Source: Thermoleophilia bacterium UBA2241
GTDB lineage: Bacteria > Actinomycetota > Thermoleophilia > UBA2241
Direction of reading: 5' to 3'
Assembly (NCBI GenBank): GCA_002347645.1
Contig: DDYF01000013.1
Location: forward strand, 5,845 to 69,844
DNA: 64,000 nt
Numbering within the stretch: the first letter of the stretch is position 1; every line of letters starts with the position of its first letter. A model generated the notes under the pieces. The model was not told the DNA's origin, searched no databases, and worked only from the letters and a program-made list of their open reading frames with translations. Of this stretch, positions 20,165 through 30,457 are shown one piece after another. Made by a program: the position numbers and the translations under genes.

Positions 20165-21463
20165 ATGAAGGCACTCATCGTGGGCACCGGCGGTGTCGGC
20201 CAGTCGATCGCCGCCATCGCGAAGCGCCGCGACCCCAAGGGCGAGTGGCTCGAGAAGATGGTCATGGCCGACTACGACGCGGCACGCCCCGAGGAGCTCT
20301 GCGCCAGGCTGGATGACCCGCGCTTCGTCGCCGCGCAGGTGGATGCCGGCGATCCGGACGCCGTCGCGGCGCTTGCCCAGGCGCACGGCGTCGACATCAT
20401 CTGCAACCTCTGCGCCCCCACCTTCAACCCGCCGCTGCTCCAGGCCGCTCTCAAGGCCAAGACCCACTACCTCGACACGGCGATGACGCTCTCCGAGCCG
20501 CATCCGACCGACCCGTTCCACAAGGTGGGCAAGAAGCTCGGCGACGACGAGTACGCGCTCAGCCCCGAGTTCGAGAAGATCGGCAAGTACGCCTTCGCCG
20601 GGTTCGGGGTCGAGCCCGGTATGGCCGACTTCTTCGCCCGCTACGCCGCCGACCACCTGTTCGACGAGGTCGACGAGATCGGCATCCGCGACGGCGCCAA
20701 CCTTGAGATCCCGGGCGCCAAGGGCATCAGCTTCGGCTTCAGCGTCTGGACGACGATCGAGGAGTGCAACAACCCGGCCATCGTCTACGAGAACGGCGAG
20801 ATCCACACCATAGAGCCGTTCGCCGAGCTCGAGAAGTTCTGGCTGCCCGAGGGCATCGGCGAGGTCGAGGTCGGCCACGTCGAGCACGAAGAGGTCGTGC
20901 AGATCGCCCACAACGCCGACCGTCTCAAGGGCGTCAAGAAGGCGACCTTCAAGTACGCGCTGGGCGACGAGTTCATGCAGGCCATGGAGGTCTTCCGTTC
21001 GGTCAACATCGACAAGACCTACAAGGTCAAGGTCGGCGACTGCGAGGTCTCGCCGCGCGACGTGGTCGCCGCCGCCGCGCCCGACCCGAACGAGATCGGC
21101 AAGAAGTACGTGGGCAAGACGGCAGCCGGTACCTACGTCGTCGGCAAGAAGGACGGCATGGAGCGCAAGGTCTACCTCTACCAGGTCGCCGACAACAAGG
21201 AGTGCGTGGAGAAGTACGGCACCCAGGTCGTCGTCGCGCAGACCGCCTTCACGCCCGTCATCACGCTCGAGCTCCTCGCCAAGGGCAGCTTCGGCAGCAA
21301 GCCCGGCGACCCGAAGAGCGGCGTACAGAACCCCGAGGCGTTCAACGCCGACGACTACGTCGCCCTCATGCCGGCATACGAGTTCCCCGGCGGGCTGCTC
21401 GAGATCGAGTCGGAGTACAAGCTCGCCAAGGACCGCGAGGCGCTGCTCGACCTCGCCAAGTAA
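20165..21463 (+). CDS. saccharopine dehydrogenase family NAD(P)-binding protein
   Basis: KALIVGTGGVGQSIA Rossmann N-terminus. Family-typical length (about 430 aa). ATG lies 8 nt after GGAGGA. Confidence 0.7.
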   Translation: MKALIVGTGGVGQSIAAIAKRRDPKGEWLEKMVMADYDAARPEELCARLDDPRFVAAQVDAGDPDAVAALAQAHGVDIICNLCAPTFNPPLLQAALKAKTHYLDTAMTLSEPHPTDPFHKVGKKLGDDEYALSPEFEKIGKYAFAGFGVEPGMADFFARYAADHLFDEVDEIGIRDGANLEIPGAKGISFGFSVWTTIEECNNPAIVYENGEIHTIEPFAELEKFWLPEGIGEVEVGHVEHEEVVQIAHNADRLKGVKKATFKYALGDEFMQAMEVFRSVNIDKTYKVKVGDCEVSPRDVVAAAAPDPNEIGKKYVGKTAAGTYVVGKKDGMERKVYLYQVADNKECVEKYGTQVVVAQTAFTPVITLELLAKGSFGSKPGDPKSGVQNPEAFNADDYVALMPAYEFPGGLLEIESEYKLAKDREALLDLAK

Positions 21464-21559
21464 GGCCTCCCGGGACCGCGCGGCGCCGGACCGGCGCCGC
21501 GCGGCGAAAGCCCCTGGTCCGTGGCCCGCCGCCCCTCCCGGGTGGCGGGCCACACGTCG

Positions 21560-23971
21560 TCAGGAGACCTGGACCCTGTCCTTGCCGGTCCGCTTCGCCG
21601 CGTAGAGGGCGGCGTCGGCGCGCGCGACGAGTTCGTCCATGCGCTGCGTTCCCGGGCCGAGCGAGGCGACGCCGACGCTGACCGTGACGTGGACCGGCGC
21701 GCCTTCGAGGCCGATGTTGAAGCCGCACGCGGCGATGCGGCGGCGAAGGCGCTCGGCGAGCGCCACAGCGCCCTCCGCGTGCCCGTCGCCGCCGGGCGCG
21801 TCGTCCGGCCGCTGGCCGGCGGTCGTGTTAGGCAAGATCACGCAAAACTCCTCGCCGCCGTACCTCGCCGCGAGATCGCCTCCCCGGCGCAGTTCGTCGC
21901 GCAGCAGCCGGCCGATCTGGCGAAGGACCTCGTCCCCTGCCGGGTGACCGCACGTGTCGTTGAGGCGCTTGAAGTCGTCGATGTCGAACATGAGCAGCGA
22001 CAGCGGCGTGCCCGCGCGGCGCGCGCGCGCGACCTCCTCTTCGAGGCGGTCGTAGAAGTGGCGATGGTTGGCGAGCCCGGTGAGGCCGTCCTTCGTCGCC
22101 TGGTCTTCGATCTGCGCATACAGGCGTGCGTTGTTGAGCGCGATCGCCGCGTGCTCGCCCAAGGCGCGGGCGAACGACAGCTCGCCCTCGGCGAAGCGGC
22201 GCCGGCGCGACCGGGCGGCGAGCCGCATGGCGCCGAGCGTCTGCTTCTCGATGCGGAACGGCACCCACAGAGCGGTCTCTTCGCCGGCGGCTGCCATACG
22301 GGTCGCCACCTCGGCTTGCAGCGCGGCGTCGCCGCGCTGCTGGACGACCGGCTCGCCGCGCTCCATGGCATCGATGATGTCGGCGTCGGCGAGCGGCAGG
22401 TCGTCGTCGGCCCTGACGGCGTCGATCGCGCCGCCGCTCGCGCTCTGACCGGTGACCGCACGGAGCGCCGACAGGCTGTCGCCGACCGGCTCGTACATCA
22501 CCGCTACGTCGACCAGCAGTGCCTCGGTGGCGAGACGGGCCACGTCGCGCAGAAGCTGGACGCGGTCGAGGCGCGAGGCGATCACCCGTGTCGCCTGGGC
22601 GAGGGCTGCGACCCAGCGGTGCTGCTCCTCCTCGCGGCGGTGCAGGCGCGCGTTGTGCAGCGCCGCCGCCGCCTGCTCGCCGATGAGCGTGGCCATGCGC
22701 ACTTCTTCCTGCGTGAACCGGCGCTCGTCCTGCGTCTCGATGAGGACCATCATGCCGAGGACCTCGTGGTGATACACGAGAGGGACGCTGAGCCAAGTCT
22801 TCTCCCCCCACCTGTCCATGGCGTCGCGGTCGCTCGCGCTCAGTCCGCGATCGGAGAGCGACTGCTGGACGACGATCCCCTCCTGCACCGCTCCGAGCCC
22901 GCCGGGGTAGTCGGCCATGGAGTAGGTCGCCCCGGCCAGGCTCTCGGCGACGCCCGGCGAGGGGTCGTGCTGATAGAGGACCCTGAAGGTCGCCGTCTCG
23001 TCCTCGGGCATGTACTCCCAGATCACGCTCTCGGGCGACCTGAGCGCCTCGGCCGCGGCGCACGCCACCTCGTGCAGGACGACGTCGTAGTCGATGCTCG
23101 AGGTGATGGAGCGGCTGGTGGTGAGCAGTGCGGCCAGCTCGTGGGACCGCTGCACGAGCTTCGCCACCACCTGCTGGCGTTCGATGGCGGCCGAGATCGA
23201 GCCCGCCGCCGAGACGAGGATGCCGGTCTCGGCCTCGCTCCAGAGCCTCGCATGGTCGCAACGGTCGAGACGCAGGAAGCCGTGAAAGGTACCGCCGACG
23301 AAGAGCGGCAGCAAGAGGATCGCCTCCACCATCTGCCCAGCGAGGCGCCGGGACGCACGGTTGGGAAGGAACTCCGTCCGGCTGCCGAAGGCTTCGCCCG
23401 CTGCCAGTCGCTCGTAGAGCCCAGGGACGAAGTCGTCGTACGCCTCCGGCGCCATTGCGGCGGATCCGAGGAGGCTCAGATCGGCGACCACGGCGGCCTC
23501 AGCGTAGAGCGTGTGCTCCATGCGGCCGTCGGTGGCCGTCCCGTTGATGAAGGCGCAGACCCGGTCGGCGCCGGCCGCCGACATCAGCCGCTCCAGGGAG
23601 AGGCTGTAGACGTCGGCCTGAGGATCGGCGGTCAAGAGCCTGTACTGGAGGTCGTTGACGGCGGCACGCAGGACTTGGCCGTGCCCAACCTCCTCGATGT
23701 CGTGGCTCAGAGCCTCGGGGAACGCCGGCTCCGACGGGCCCCCGATGGTCACGTCCGCGACGAGCTCTGCGTGCCGGTCGCCGGACCTGCGACCGCGGGA
23801 TTCCATCAAGCGTTCGTGCGTCAGTCGCGCCTTCCGCTCTGCCCATCCTGTCCGCGTCTCGACCAACTCCGTCTCCTGTCGTCCACCACTCGTATCGGTG
23901 CCGCCCGTCTCCGCCATGAGGGAGGCCCAACGGATGTACCCCCCTGTGGCAGGGGGGCGGGGGCGGCGCAA
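21560..23971 (-). CDS. multi-GAF domain diguanylate cyclase (GGDEF)
   Basis: C-terminal GGDEF domain with RYGGEEF, preceded by several GAF-like repeats. Confidence 0.8.
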   Translation of the reverse strand: MRRPRPPATGGYIRWASLMAETGGTDTSGGRQETELVETRTGWAERKARLTHERLMESRGRRSGDRHAELVADVTIGGPSEPAFPEALSHDIEEVGHGQVLRAAVNDLQYRLLTADPQADVYSLSLERLMSAAGADRVCAFINGTATDGRMEHTLYAEAAVVADLSLLGSAAMAPEAYDDFVPGLYERLAAGEAFGSRTEFLPNRASRRLAGQMVEAILLLPLFVGGTFHGFLRLDRCDHARLWSEAETGILVSAAGSISAAIERQQVVAKLVQRSHELAALLTTSRSITSSIDYDVVLHEVACAAAEALRSPESVIWEYMPEDETATFRVLYQHDPSPGVAESLAGATYSMADYPGGLGAVQEGIVVQQSLSDRGLSASDRDAMDRWGEKTWLSVPLVYHHEVLGMMVLIETQDERRFTQEEVRMATLIGEQAAAALHNARLHRREEEQHRWVAALAQATRVIASRLDRVQLLRDVARLATEALLVDVAVMYEPVGDSLSALRAVTGQSASGGAIDAVRADDDLPLADADIIDAMERGEPVVQQRGDAALQAEVATRMAAAGEETALWVPFRIEKQTLGAMRLAARSRRRRFAEGELSFARALGEHAAIALNNARLYAQIEDQATKDGLTGLANHRHFYDRLEEEVARARRAGTPLSLLMFDIDDFKRLNDTCGHPAGDEVLRQIGRLLRDELRRGGDLAARYGGEEFCVILPNTTAGQRPDDAPGGDGHAEGAVALAERLRRRIAACGFNIGLEGAPVHVTVSVGVASLGPGTQRMDELVARADAALYAAKRTGKDRVQVS

Positions 23972-24253
23972 CTGCGCCGCCCCCGCCGCTTCCTGTCCGC
24001 CGGCCGGTCCGCACGCCGGTTGCCGCCTCAGTCCTCCTCTTCACTGTGGCTTCGCCAGGACTCGTCGCGGGCGACTGTGAGATCGCCCTCGCCCTCGTCG
24101 CGCGCCTTCTTCAGGGACTTCGCGGTCGGCATCGCGCGGTCGGTGCCGAAGGCGCCGGCCACGTCGCGCTCGCGCACGTCCGTGCGGTGCACGCCGCCGC
24201 GCGCCTCTCTGGCTGCACGTCTCACCTGTGTGTGCCAAGATGAACGCTGCGGC

Positions 24254-24351
24254 GGAGCGGCTCCCGGTCCGGTGACCGGCGCGGTCTTCAAAACCGTCTG
24301 CGGGGCGGTGCTCCCGTCCTGGGTGGGTTCGACTCCCATGTCGCTCCGCCA
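24254..24351 (+). tRNA. selC: tRNA-Sec (selC), anticodon UCA, CCA encoded
   Basis: GGAGCGGC/GUCGCUCC 8-bp acceptor stem. 6-bp D-stem CCGGUC/GACCGG with 4-nt D-loop CGGU. Anticodon loop CUUCAAA. About 24-nt variable arm. T-arm GUGGG-UUCGACU-CCCAU. Discriminator G then CCA. About 98 nt. Confidence 0.85.
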
Positions 24352-24517
24352 GCCGAGGCCGGGCTACTGCCTGGGTACTGCCTGTCCGCCTACCGACCAT
24401 CTGGGCAGGCGGACGTCACCGCGAGGACCGACACCCTGCCGTTGTACCGCGCTTGACAGACTAGACAGGACTTTCGTTCTTGGAGTAAGTTGCGTCTAGT
24501 TTGTAAAGGGAGGTCGC

Positions 24518-25717
24518 GTGGATCCTCGGAGAAACCCGTACGCCCCTGGCGCCGGGACTAAGCCGCCCGCGCTGGTCGGACGCGATAAGCAGATCGAGTC
24601 GTTCGACGTCCTGCTCGAGCGGCTCGAGAACGGGTACGCGGAGCAGTCGATGATCATCACCGGGCTGCGCGGGGTCGGCAAGACTGTGCTGCTCGACGTC
24701 TTCCGCGAGAAGGCCGAGGCGCGCGACTGGGCGACCGTGGAGTGGGAGGTCGAGAAGAAGGCGTCGTTCGCTCCCAGGGTCGCCGCCCAAGCGCGCAAGG
24801 CGCTGCTCCAGATCGCTCCCAAGGCGCGCTGGAAGGACCGCATGCTTCGCGCCGCTGCGACACTGAAGTCGTTCACCCTCACGTTCAATCCTGACGGTGC
24901 CATGACGGCGGGAGTCGACGTGGATGCTCTCCCCGGATCGGCGGACAGTGGGTCGCTCTCCGAGGACCTCGGCGATCTGTTCGTGGCCATCGGAGAAGCC
25001 GCTCGCGACCACGGCATCGGGGTCATCTTGCTCCTCGATGAGATCCAGTTCCTTCAGCCGGAGGAACTGGAGGGTCTGATCGTCGCCCTGCACAGGTGTT
25101 CGCGGCGCACCCTGCCCATCACGCTTGTCGGGGCAGGCCTGCCCCAGATGCCGCGGCTCGCGGGTGAGGCCAAGTCATACAGCGAGCGGTTGTTCCGCTT
25201 CGTTCGGATCGGCGCGCTGAGTGCTTCGAAGGACGCTCCCGACGCGCTCGTGCTTCCGGCCCGCGAGCTGGGTGTGGAGTACGAGCAGGACGCGATCGGT
25301 CACATCGTCACGTACACCGAAGGCTACCCCTACTTCCTCCAGGAGTACGGCCGCATCGTCTGGGACGAGGCCCCCGCGTCGCCGATCTCCGAAGAGGACG
25401 TGACGTCCGTCCTTCCCATGGTCGAGGAGCGCCTCGACGAGAGCTTCTTCAGGGTGAGAGCAGAACGGACGACCGAGTTGGAGCTGAGGTACCTCTACGC
25501 CATGGCGGAACTCGGGCCGGAACCGCATCGAGCCACCGACGTGGCGCGGCGCGTCGGCCGCACGGTTGAGCAGGCCGGACCGATCCGCTCCCGTCTCATC
25601 GACAAGGGCCTCCTGTACACGCCCGGGCACGGCCTCGCCGCGTTCACGGTGCCACAGTTCGACCGGTATATGATCCGCCGTCACTCAGGCCTTGCGGGAG
25701 GCGTGGGCCGGGCGTGA
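24518..25717 (+). CDS. AAA-type ATPase (archaeal-ATPase/ORC-like family) hypothetical protein
   Basis: Walker A ITGLRGVGKT, Walker B ILLLDEIQ. GTG start after GGGAGG. Confidence 0.6.
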   Translation: MDPRRNPYAPGAGTKPPALVGRDKQIESFDVLLERLENGYAEQSMIITGLRGVGKTVLLDVFREKAEARDWATVEWEVEKKASFAPRVAAQARKALLQIAPKARWKDRMLRAAATLKSFTLTFNPDGAMTAGVDVDALPGSADSGSLSEDLGDLFVAIGEAARDHGIGVILLLDEIQFLQPEELEGLIVALHRCSRRTLPITLVGAGLPQMPRLAGEAKSYSERLFRFVRIGALSASKDAPDALVLPARELGVEYEQDAIGHIVTYTEGYPYFLQEYGRIVWDEAPASPISEEDVTSVLPMVEERLDESFFRVRAERTTELELRYLYAMAELGPEPHRATDVARRVGRTVEQAGPIRSRLIDKGLLYTPGHGLAAFTVPQFDRYMIRRHSGLAGGVGRA

Positions 25718-25744
25718 TGCGGGAGGGCACCGACGCCGGGGGGC

Positions 25745-26707
25745 TCAGAGCTCCATCGCGGGCGCGATGCGCTTCTCGTAGAACTCGATGCGGCGCACCT
25801 CGGTCATGCCGGCGCGGCGGTAGAGGTCGAGGGCCTCGACGGCGACGTCGAGCTCCACGGCGAGGACCGCTCTGTGCGCCCCGCGCCGGCGCAGCACGGC
25901 GAAGGCGCCGCGCAACAACGCGCCGCCGACGCCGCGTCCCTGCCACGAGGGGCGCACGGCGAGGCGTTCGATGACGCCGCGTCCGCCGGTGAGCGAGTTG
26001 ATGGTCACCCCGGCGACCTCGTCGCCCTCGCAGGCCAGCAACCACAAGTAGGGGTCCGCGCGCGGGTCGGCGACGACATCGCGGCTCCAGTCCCCGGCGT
26101 CTGCGCCGAGGTCGCCGCTGTCTTCGCCGAAGGCCTCGACGAGGGCCGTGTAGACGGCGAGGTCGTCGACGCCGCGCCGGAAGCTGCGGGGCTCGATGCC
26201 CGGGGGCCAGTCGGGCTCGGCGATCTCGTCGTCGAGCGCCTTCTCCATACGTGAGAACACCGCGATGCGACGGTAGCCGGCCTGCGCGAAGAGGTCGCGC
26301 TCGGCCGTGTTGTCGGCGCCGGTCCACGTGTGGAGCACCCCCGGCCCCTTGCTGCGTTCGGTGGCGGCGGCGCGGACCCGCTCCTCGAGACGCCCGAGGA
26401 GGTAGGCGGCGACACCTCGGCCATAGTAGTCAGGGTGGACGGTGAAGTTGCCCTCGAACTGTCCCCCCACGCCGGCCTCGCGCACGGCGCCGAAGGCGAT
26501 CACGTGCCCGTCTTCCGTCTGCACCAGCCAGGCGTCGCGCTCGAGGTCGAACCGCGGTGCGCGCCACTTGCGCAGCACGCTCGCGCGGCTGATCTCCGTC
26601 TCGCCCTGGAAGGCCTCCTGCGACGCTGCCACGAGCGCGGCCACCGCGGCGGCGTCCGCGGGCCCCGCGCGACGCACCTCGAACCCTTGCGGCAACTCCC
26701 GATCCAT
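25745..26707 (-). CDS. two-domain GNAT acetyltransferase (MshD/mycothiol synthase-like)
   Basis: Two GNAT halves. Start chosen at MDRELPQGFEV to avoid overlap with the divergent gene. The longer ORF to 27238 is rejected. Confidence 0.5.
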   Translation of the reverse strand: MDRELPQGFEVRRAGPADAAAVAALVAASQEAFQGETEISRASVLRKWRAPRFDLERDAWLVQTEDGHVIAFGAVREAGVGGQFEGNFTVHPDYYGRGVAAYLLGRLEERVRAAATERSKGPGVLHTWTGADNTAERDLFAQAGYRRIAVFSRMEKALDDEIAEPDWPPGIEPRSFRRGVDDLAVYTALVEAFGEDSGDLGADAGDWSRDVVADPRADPYLWLLACEGDEVAGVTINSLTGGRGVIERLAVRPSWQGRGVGGALLRGAFAVLRRRGAHRAVLAVELDVAVEALDLYRRAGMTEVRRIEFYEKRIAPAMEL

Positions 26708-26897
26708 GGCCTCGCTTTCAGAAAGCACGGCGATCGTCTCGTCGGCGCCAACTCTACACGGCGTGCCTCTCGTCGGCGCCGTGCGGCGTGCCTCTCGTCG
26801 GCGCCGTGCGACGGGTGGGCCGCTGTGACGCGCGGTATCATGGGTGCCCTGACAGGCGACCGGCGCCCCGCGACGAGATCGCGGGGCGCACCCCGAC

Positions 26898-28097
26898 GTG
26901 GGGGAGACGGACATCGATCCTTCACCATCAGCCGGACGCGAAGCCCGGCGGCGTGTCGTGCGCCGCCGGCGCCTCACGCTGTTCGGCGCCGCCGGGCTCG
27001 TCGCCCTGGTCGCCGTCGCCCTCGTGCTGGGCGGCGTGTTCGGCGCGGGCGAGGGGGCCGACGGCGCGCCGCAGGCATCGCCGTCGCCGTCCTCGCCAGC
27101 CTCGTCGAACGACTCCGCCTCGCCGCGCGCGAGCGCCACGACGAGCGCCCCGGGCGCGGCCCGGGAGATCGTCATGGCCGGCGACGCCGCGCCTGGCTGG
27201 CCGGACGAGCTGCGGTGGCCGTCGGAGCGGACCTTCAAGGCCGACCAGCTCGAGCAGCTCGGCTACGCACCCGAGGTGGTCTTCTTCGGAGGCTCGCGAA
27301 GCATGCGCTTCGAGCCCTCCTTCATGGAGAAGAAGAGCGGCCTGAAGGGGTTCAACCTGGCGATGACGAACGGCAAGCCAGAAGACGCCTGGGCGTTCGC
27401 GCACTTCCTTCACGAGCGGTCGCCGGAGACCCGCCTGCGCTGGATATGGGGCGTGCAGATCTCGACGATGTACGAGAGGGACCTCGAGGCGGGGCTGGTC
27501 CAGGACCCGCGCCTGAACCGGTACCTGCCGCTCGAGGTCCTCGAAGAGCAGGGTCGCCTTCTGCCGCAGGACCCCGTCGACGTTCCCGAGAAGGGGCGCG
27601 TCGACCTGCGCAGGTACTCGAAGGACGGTGTCGTCTTGTGGAACAGCTACGATCGTGCCGAGAAGCGGGGGCGCACCCTCGAGCGCTCGCTCGAGGTCTA
27701 CATCAAACGCGCCCTCGAGAAGCAGAAGGCGGCGCCGACGAGCAGCGGCGAGAAGGTCTCGCGCAGTCGCGACTACTTCGAGGCGACGCTCGCGTATCTC
27801 AACGAGATCGGCGGGGAGCCCGTCATCGTCGCCATGCCCGTCCACCCGCAGGTCCTCGAGGCTCTTCGGGAGAGAGGTTGGCAGGAGCGGCATCACCGCT
27901 TTCTCTCGTACATCGACTCGCTTCGCGCCGAGCACGAGTTCGCGTTCGTCGACCTGAGTGAGATCGAGACCTTCGGCGGCGACCCCGGGGAGTTCTACGA
28001 CGGGGTGCACATCAAAGCGGCCAACGCACGCAGGGTGATCGTCGAGCTCCTGCGGTCCTTCCCCGCGACCTTCGGGAGGGGGGGCGCCGATGAGTGA
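26898..28097 (+). CDS. hypothetical secreted/membrane-anchored protein
   Basis: N-terminal TM/signal (LTLFGAAGLVALVAVALVLGG) and Ser/Pro-rich linker. No recognised domain. Exact start uncertain. Confidence 0.4.
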   Translation: MGETDIDPSPSAGREARRRVVRRRRLTLFGAAGLVALVAVALVLGGVFGAGEGADGAPQASPSPSSPASSNDSASPRASATTSAPGAAREIVMAGDAAPGWPDELRWPSERTFKADQLEQLGYAPEVVFFGGSRSMRFEPSFMEKKSGLKGFNLAMTNGKPEDAWAFAHFLHERSPETRLRWIWGVQISTMYERDLEAGLVQDPRLNRYLPLEVLEEQGRLLPQDPVDVPEKGRVDLRRYSKDGVVLWNSYDRAEKRGRTLERSLEVYIKRALEKQKAAPTSSGEKVSRSRDYFEATLAYLNEIGGEPVIVAMPVHPQVLEALRERGWQERHHRFLSYIDSLRAEHEFAFVDLSEIETFGGDPGEFYDGVHIKAANARRVIVELLRSFPATFGRGGADE

Positions 28098-29286
28098 GCT
28101 CTTCGCGCACCGGCGATCCGACGCGCACCGGCGCCGGCGCCGGCACGGCATCGCCCGCTGGCTCTTGGCCGGCGTGCTGCTGGCCGCCGTGACGACCGTG
28201 GTCGTCCTTGCGTACGACATGTCCGCGGGCGGACCCGAGCAGACAGTGGCGCAGCCGGCGCCGTCGGCCAGCGCCGCGCCCGTGACGACGGCGCTCGAGG
28301 ACGCCGCCATGGTCAGCGGGGGACGCGTGGCGCTGCGGTACCGTGTCGACGCCGCCGGCGCCGACACGGCCGTCGTGACCCTGGTGGTCGCTCGACCCGA
28401 CGGGACGACGGTGCGCAAGCCGCTGCAGGACGCCACGCAGGCGGTCAACGTCGACCACACGTGGAAGGGGACGATGTCCCTGAAGGCGGGCTCGTACCGT
28501 TACTACGCGCGCGCCACCGTCGACGGACGCGGGCAGCGAGTCGCCGTGCCGGCGAAGCTCGTGGTCAGGGCTGCGGTCTTCCCCTCGGCCGGCGCCGTCG
28601 CCGACGCGATCGCCTGGCTCAGGGGGCGAAGCGGCACGCCGGGGTTCGCCGTCGTCAGCGGCGACGGCAAGGTCCGGGGCTTGCGTGTCGACCGGCGGTA
28701 CGCGAGCTACAGCCTCTCCAAGGCCATGATCCTTGTGGCCTACCTGCGCGGGCACAACACGGTGAGCGCCGGCGCACGCGCGACGCTCGAGAGGATGATC
28801 GAGCACTCGGACAACGCCGCCGCCGACGCCATATACGCGCAGGTCGGCGGCGCCTCCGCCCTCACGCGGCTGGCGAAGACCGTCGGCATGGAGCGCTTCT
28901 CCGCCGGCGGCGGGTGGATCTCGGCGCGCGTGACGCCGGCGGACCAGGCGCGGTTCTTCTTCGCGATGGAGAAGTACATCCCGGAGAAGCACCGCGCCCT
29001 CGCCCGTGAACTGCTCTCGGGCATCACGCCGCGCCAGCGCTGGGGGATCGTAGCGGCGGCCGGCCCGCTCGGCTGGAAGGTCTACTTCAAAGGCGGCTGG
29101 TCGGGCGGCAACGTGCACATGGTCCAGGCGGCCCGGCTCGCGAAGGGCGACAAGGTGTTCGCCCTGGCCGTGATGACCGAGGGCAACCCGAACTGGACCT
29201 ACGGGTTCGGCACGCTGAAGGGCGTCACCGACGTGCTCCTCGGCCGGCAGCCTACGGGCGCCTACCTCACGCAGGTGCTCGAGTGA
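28090..29286 (+). CDS. class A beta-lactamase-related serine hydrolase with N-terminal extension
   Basis: SLSK (SxxK) and SDN motifs. ATG overlaps the upstream stop. Confidence 0.6.
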   Translation: MSELFAHRRSDAHRRRRRHGIARWLLAGVLLAAVTTVVVLAYDMSAGGPEQTVAQPAPSASAAPVTTALEDAAMVSGGRVALRYRVDAAGADTAVVTLVVARPDGTTVRKPLQDATQAVNVDHTWKGTMSLKAGSYRYYARATVDGRGQRVAVPAKLVVRAAVFPSAGAVADAIAWLRGRSGTPGFAVVSGDGKVRGLRVDRRYASYSLSKAMILVAYLRGHNTVSAGARATLERMIEHSDNAAADAIYAQVGGASALTRLAKTVGMERFSAGGGWISARVTPADQARFFFAMEKYIPEKHRALARELLSGITPRQRWGIVAAAGPLGWKVYFKGGWSGGNVHMVQAARLAKGDKVFALAVMTEGNPNWTYGFGTLKGVTDVLLGRQPTGAYLTQVLE

Positions 29287-29372
29287 CCGACCAGTGCGCT
29301 GGGTGAGGCGGAGGAGGCGCCGCGCGGCCTCGCGCGCGCCGGGTGCCTCCTTCGCCCGTCGCGTCCGGCAGC

Positions 29373-29885
29373 CTAACCTTCGCTGCTTCCGTCGTACGCG
29401 ATTGCTCTGACGGTGAGCTCGAGGTCGCCGGCCGGTCGGCGCCAGACGACGCGGTCGCCGACGCGGGCTCCGATGAGGGCCTCGGCGAGCGGCGAGAGGT
29501 GACTCACCTTGAGGGCGGCCAGGTCGGCTTCGTCCTCGCCGACGATCGTGTACGTCCGCTCGCCGCCCTCGCCGGTCACCGTCACGGCCGCCCCGAAGGC
29601 GACCTGACCGGCGGGCTGGCCCGCCGGATCCACCGGGATCGCGGTCTCGAGACGAGCCTGGAAGTACCGCAGGTCACGGTCGACGTGCAGGAGCTCCTCG
29701 GCCGCCATGGGGTCGTCGCCGAGGGCGAGCAGTTCAAGCCGCCGCGTCTCGAGCTCGCCGACCTGCCGGCTCAGGGCGGCCACACCCGCGGGCGTGACGT
29801 AGTTGGGGTGCTCGCTGACGGGCCGGTCGGGCAGGTCCTGACCGGGGGCGCCGGCGTCGTCTTCCTTGACAAAGGCTCTGCTCAT
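29373..29885 (-). CDS. GreA/GreB family transcription elongation factor (short form)
   Basis: MSRAFVKEDD start, as in GreA homologs. C-terminal FKBP-like Gre domain. Confidence 0.6.
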   Translation of the reverse strand: MSRAFVKEDDAGAPGQDLPDRPVSEHPNYVTPAGVAALSRQVGELETRRLELLALGDDPMAAEELLHVDRDLRYFQARLETAIPVDPAGQPAGQVAFGAAVTVTGEGGERTYTIVGEDEADLAALKVSHLSPLAEALIGARVGDRVVWRRPAGDLELTVRAIAYDGSSEG

Positions 29886-30049
29886 CTCGGCTCTCGACGG
29901 GGTGCGAAAGGGGCGGGGGAGTCGCTCTCTCCATTCGCGATGGTGCGCCTGCTTCCTGCGGCGGTCAACCGGCGCTGCAAGGCGTCGACAGGGCGCGTGG
30001 AAGGTGGAAAGATGTGGGTACACCAGCCGTCGACCGGAGAGGGGGAGAC

Positions 30050-30265
30050 ATGGCGGAGAGTGTCTACAAGGTGCTCGAGGTGATCGGCACCAGCCCGACG
30101 TCGTGGGAGGACGCCGCCAGGGCCGCGGTCGAGAAGGTCGCCGCTCGCGTGCAGGATTGCCGCGTGGGCAGGGTCGTCGAGCTCGACATGAGGATCGAGG
30201 ACGGCAAACTCGCGTTCTTCCGCGCCAGGGTGAAGGTGTCGTTCAAGTACCACGACGAGCTCTGA
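30050..30265 (+). CDS. dodecin family flavin-binding protein
   Basis: ESVYKVLEVIGTSPTSWEDAARAAVEKV matches the dodecin fold signature. 71 aa. Confidence 0.7.
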   Translation: MAESVYKVLEVIGTSPTSWEDAARAAVEKVAARVQDCRVGRVVELDMRIEDGKLAFFRARVKVSFKYHDEL

Positions 30266-30269
30266 GACG

Positions 30270-30353
30270 CAGCGGGACGCCCGCCGAGGCGGGCGTCCCG
30301 CTGCGCAAGGGCGGCGGCGGGACGCGGCGCGTCCCGCCGCCGCCCTCTTCTTG
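30270..30353. terminator. tandem GC-rich hairpins between dodecin and ferritin genes
   Basis: CAGCGGGACGCCCGCC-GAGG-GGCGGGCGUCCCGCUG (16 bp). Then GGCGGCGGGACGC...GCGUCCCGCCGCC followed by CUCUUCUUG. Confidence 0.55.
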
Positions 30354-30457
30354 CGTCGCGCGCGTGTTCGCTCCCCTCGCCTTCGGGTACAAAGGGCGTG
30401 ACCCCGACGTCCTGAGCGCGCTCAGGAGCAAGCCACGAAGCAGAGAGGTGCGCCAGC

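Noticed and set aside
24028-24339. 103-aa ORF (-) overlapping tRNA-Sec
   Set aside because: Overlaps the selC cloverleaf. Only the C-terminal 34 codons (24028-24132) are free of overlap and they lack a convincing SD, so probably spurious.
21521-24499. 992-aa ORF (+) antisense to the GAF-GGDEF gene, running through tRNA-Sec
   Set aside because: Antisense shadow ORF. It would also overlap a well-folded tRNA-Sec.
25745-27238. Long 497-aa version of the GNAT gene
   Set aside because: Its upstream 180 codons are low-complexity and overlap the divergent gene at 26898. An internal ATG at MDRELPQGF gives a typical ~320-aa double-GNAT protein.
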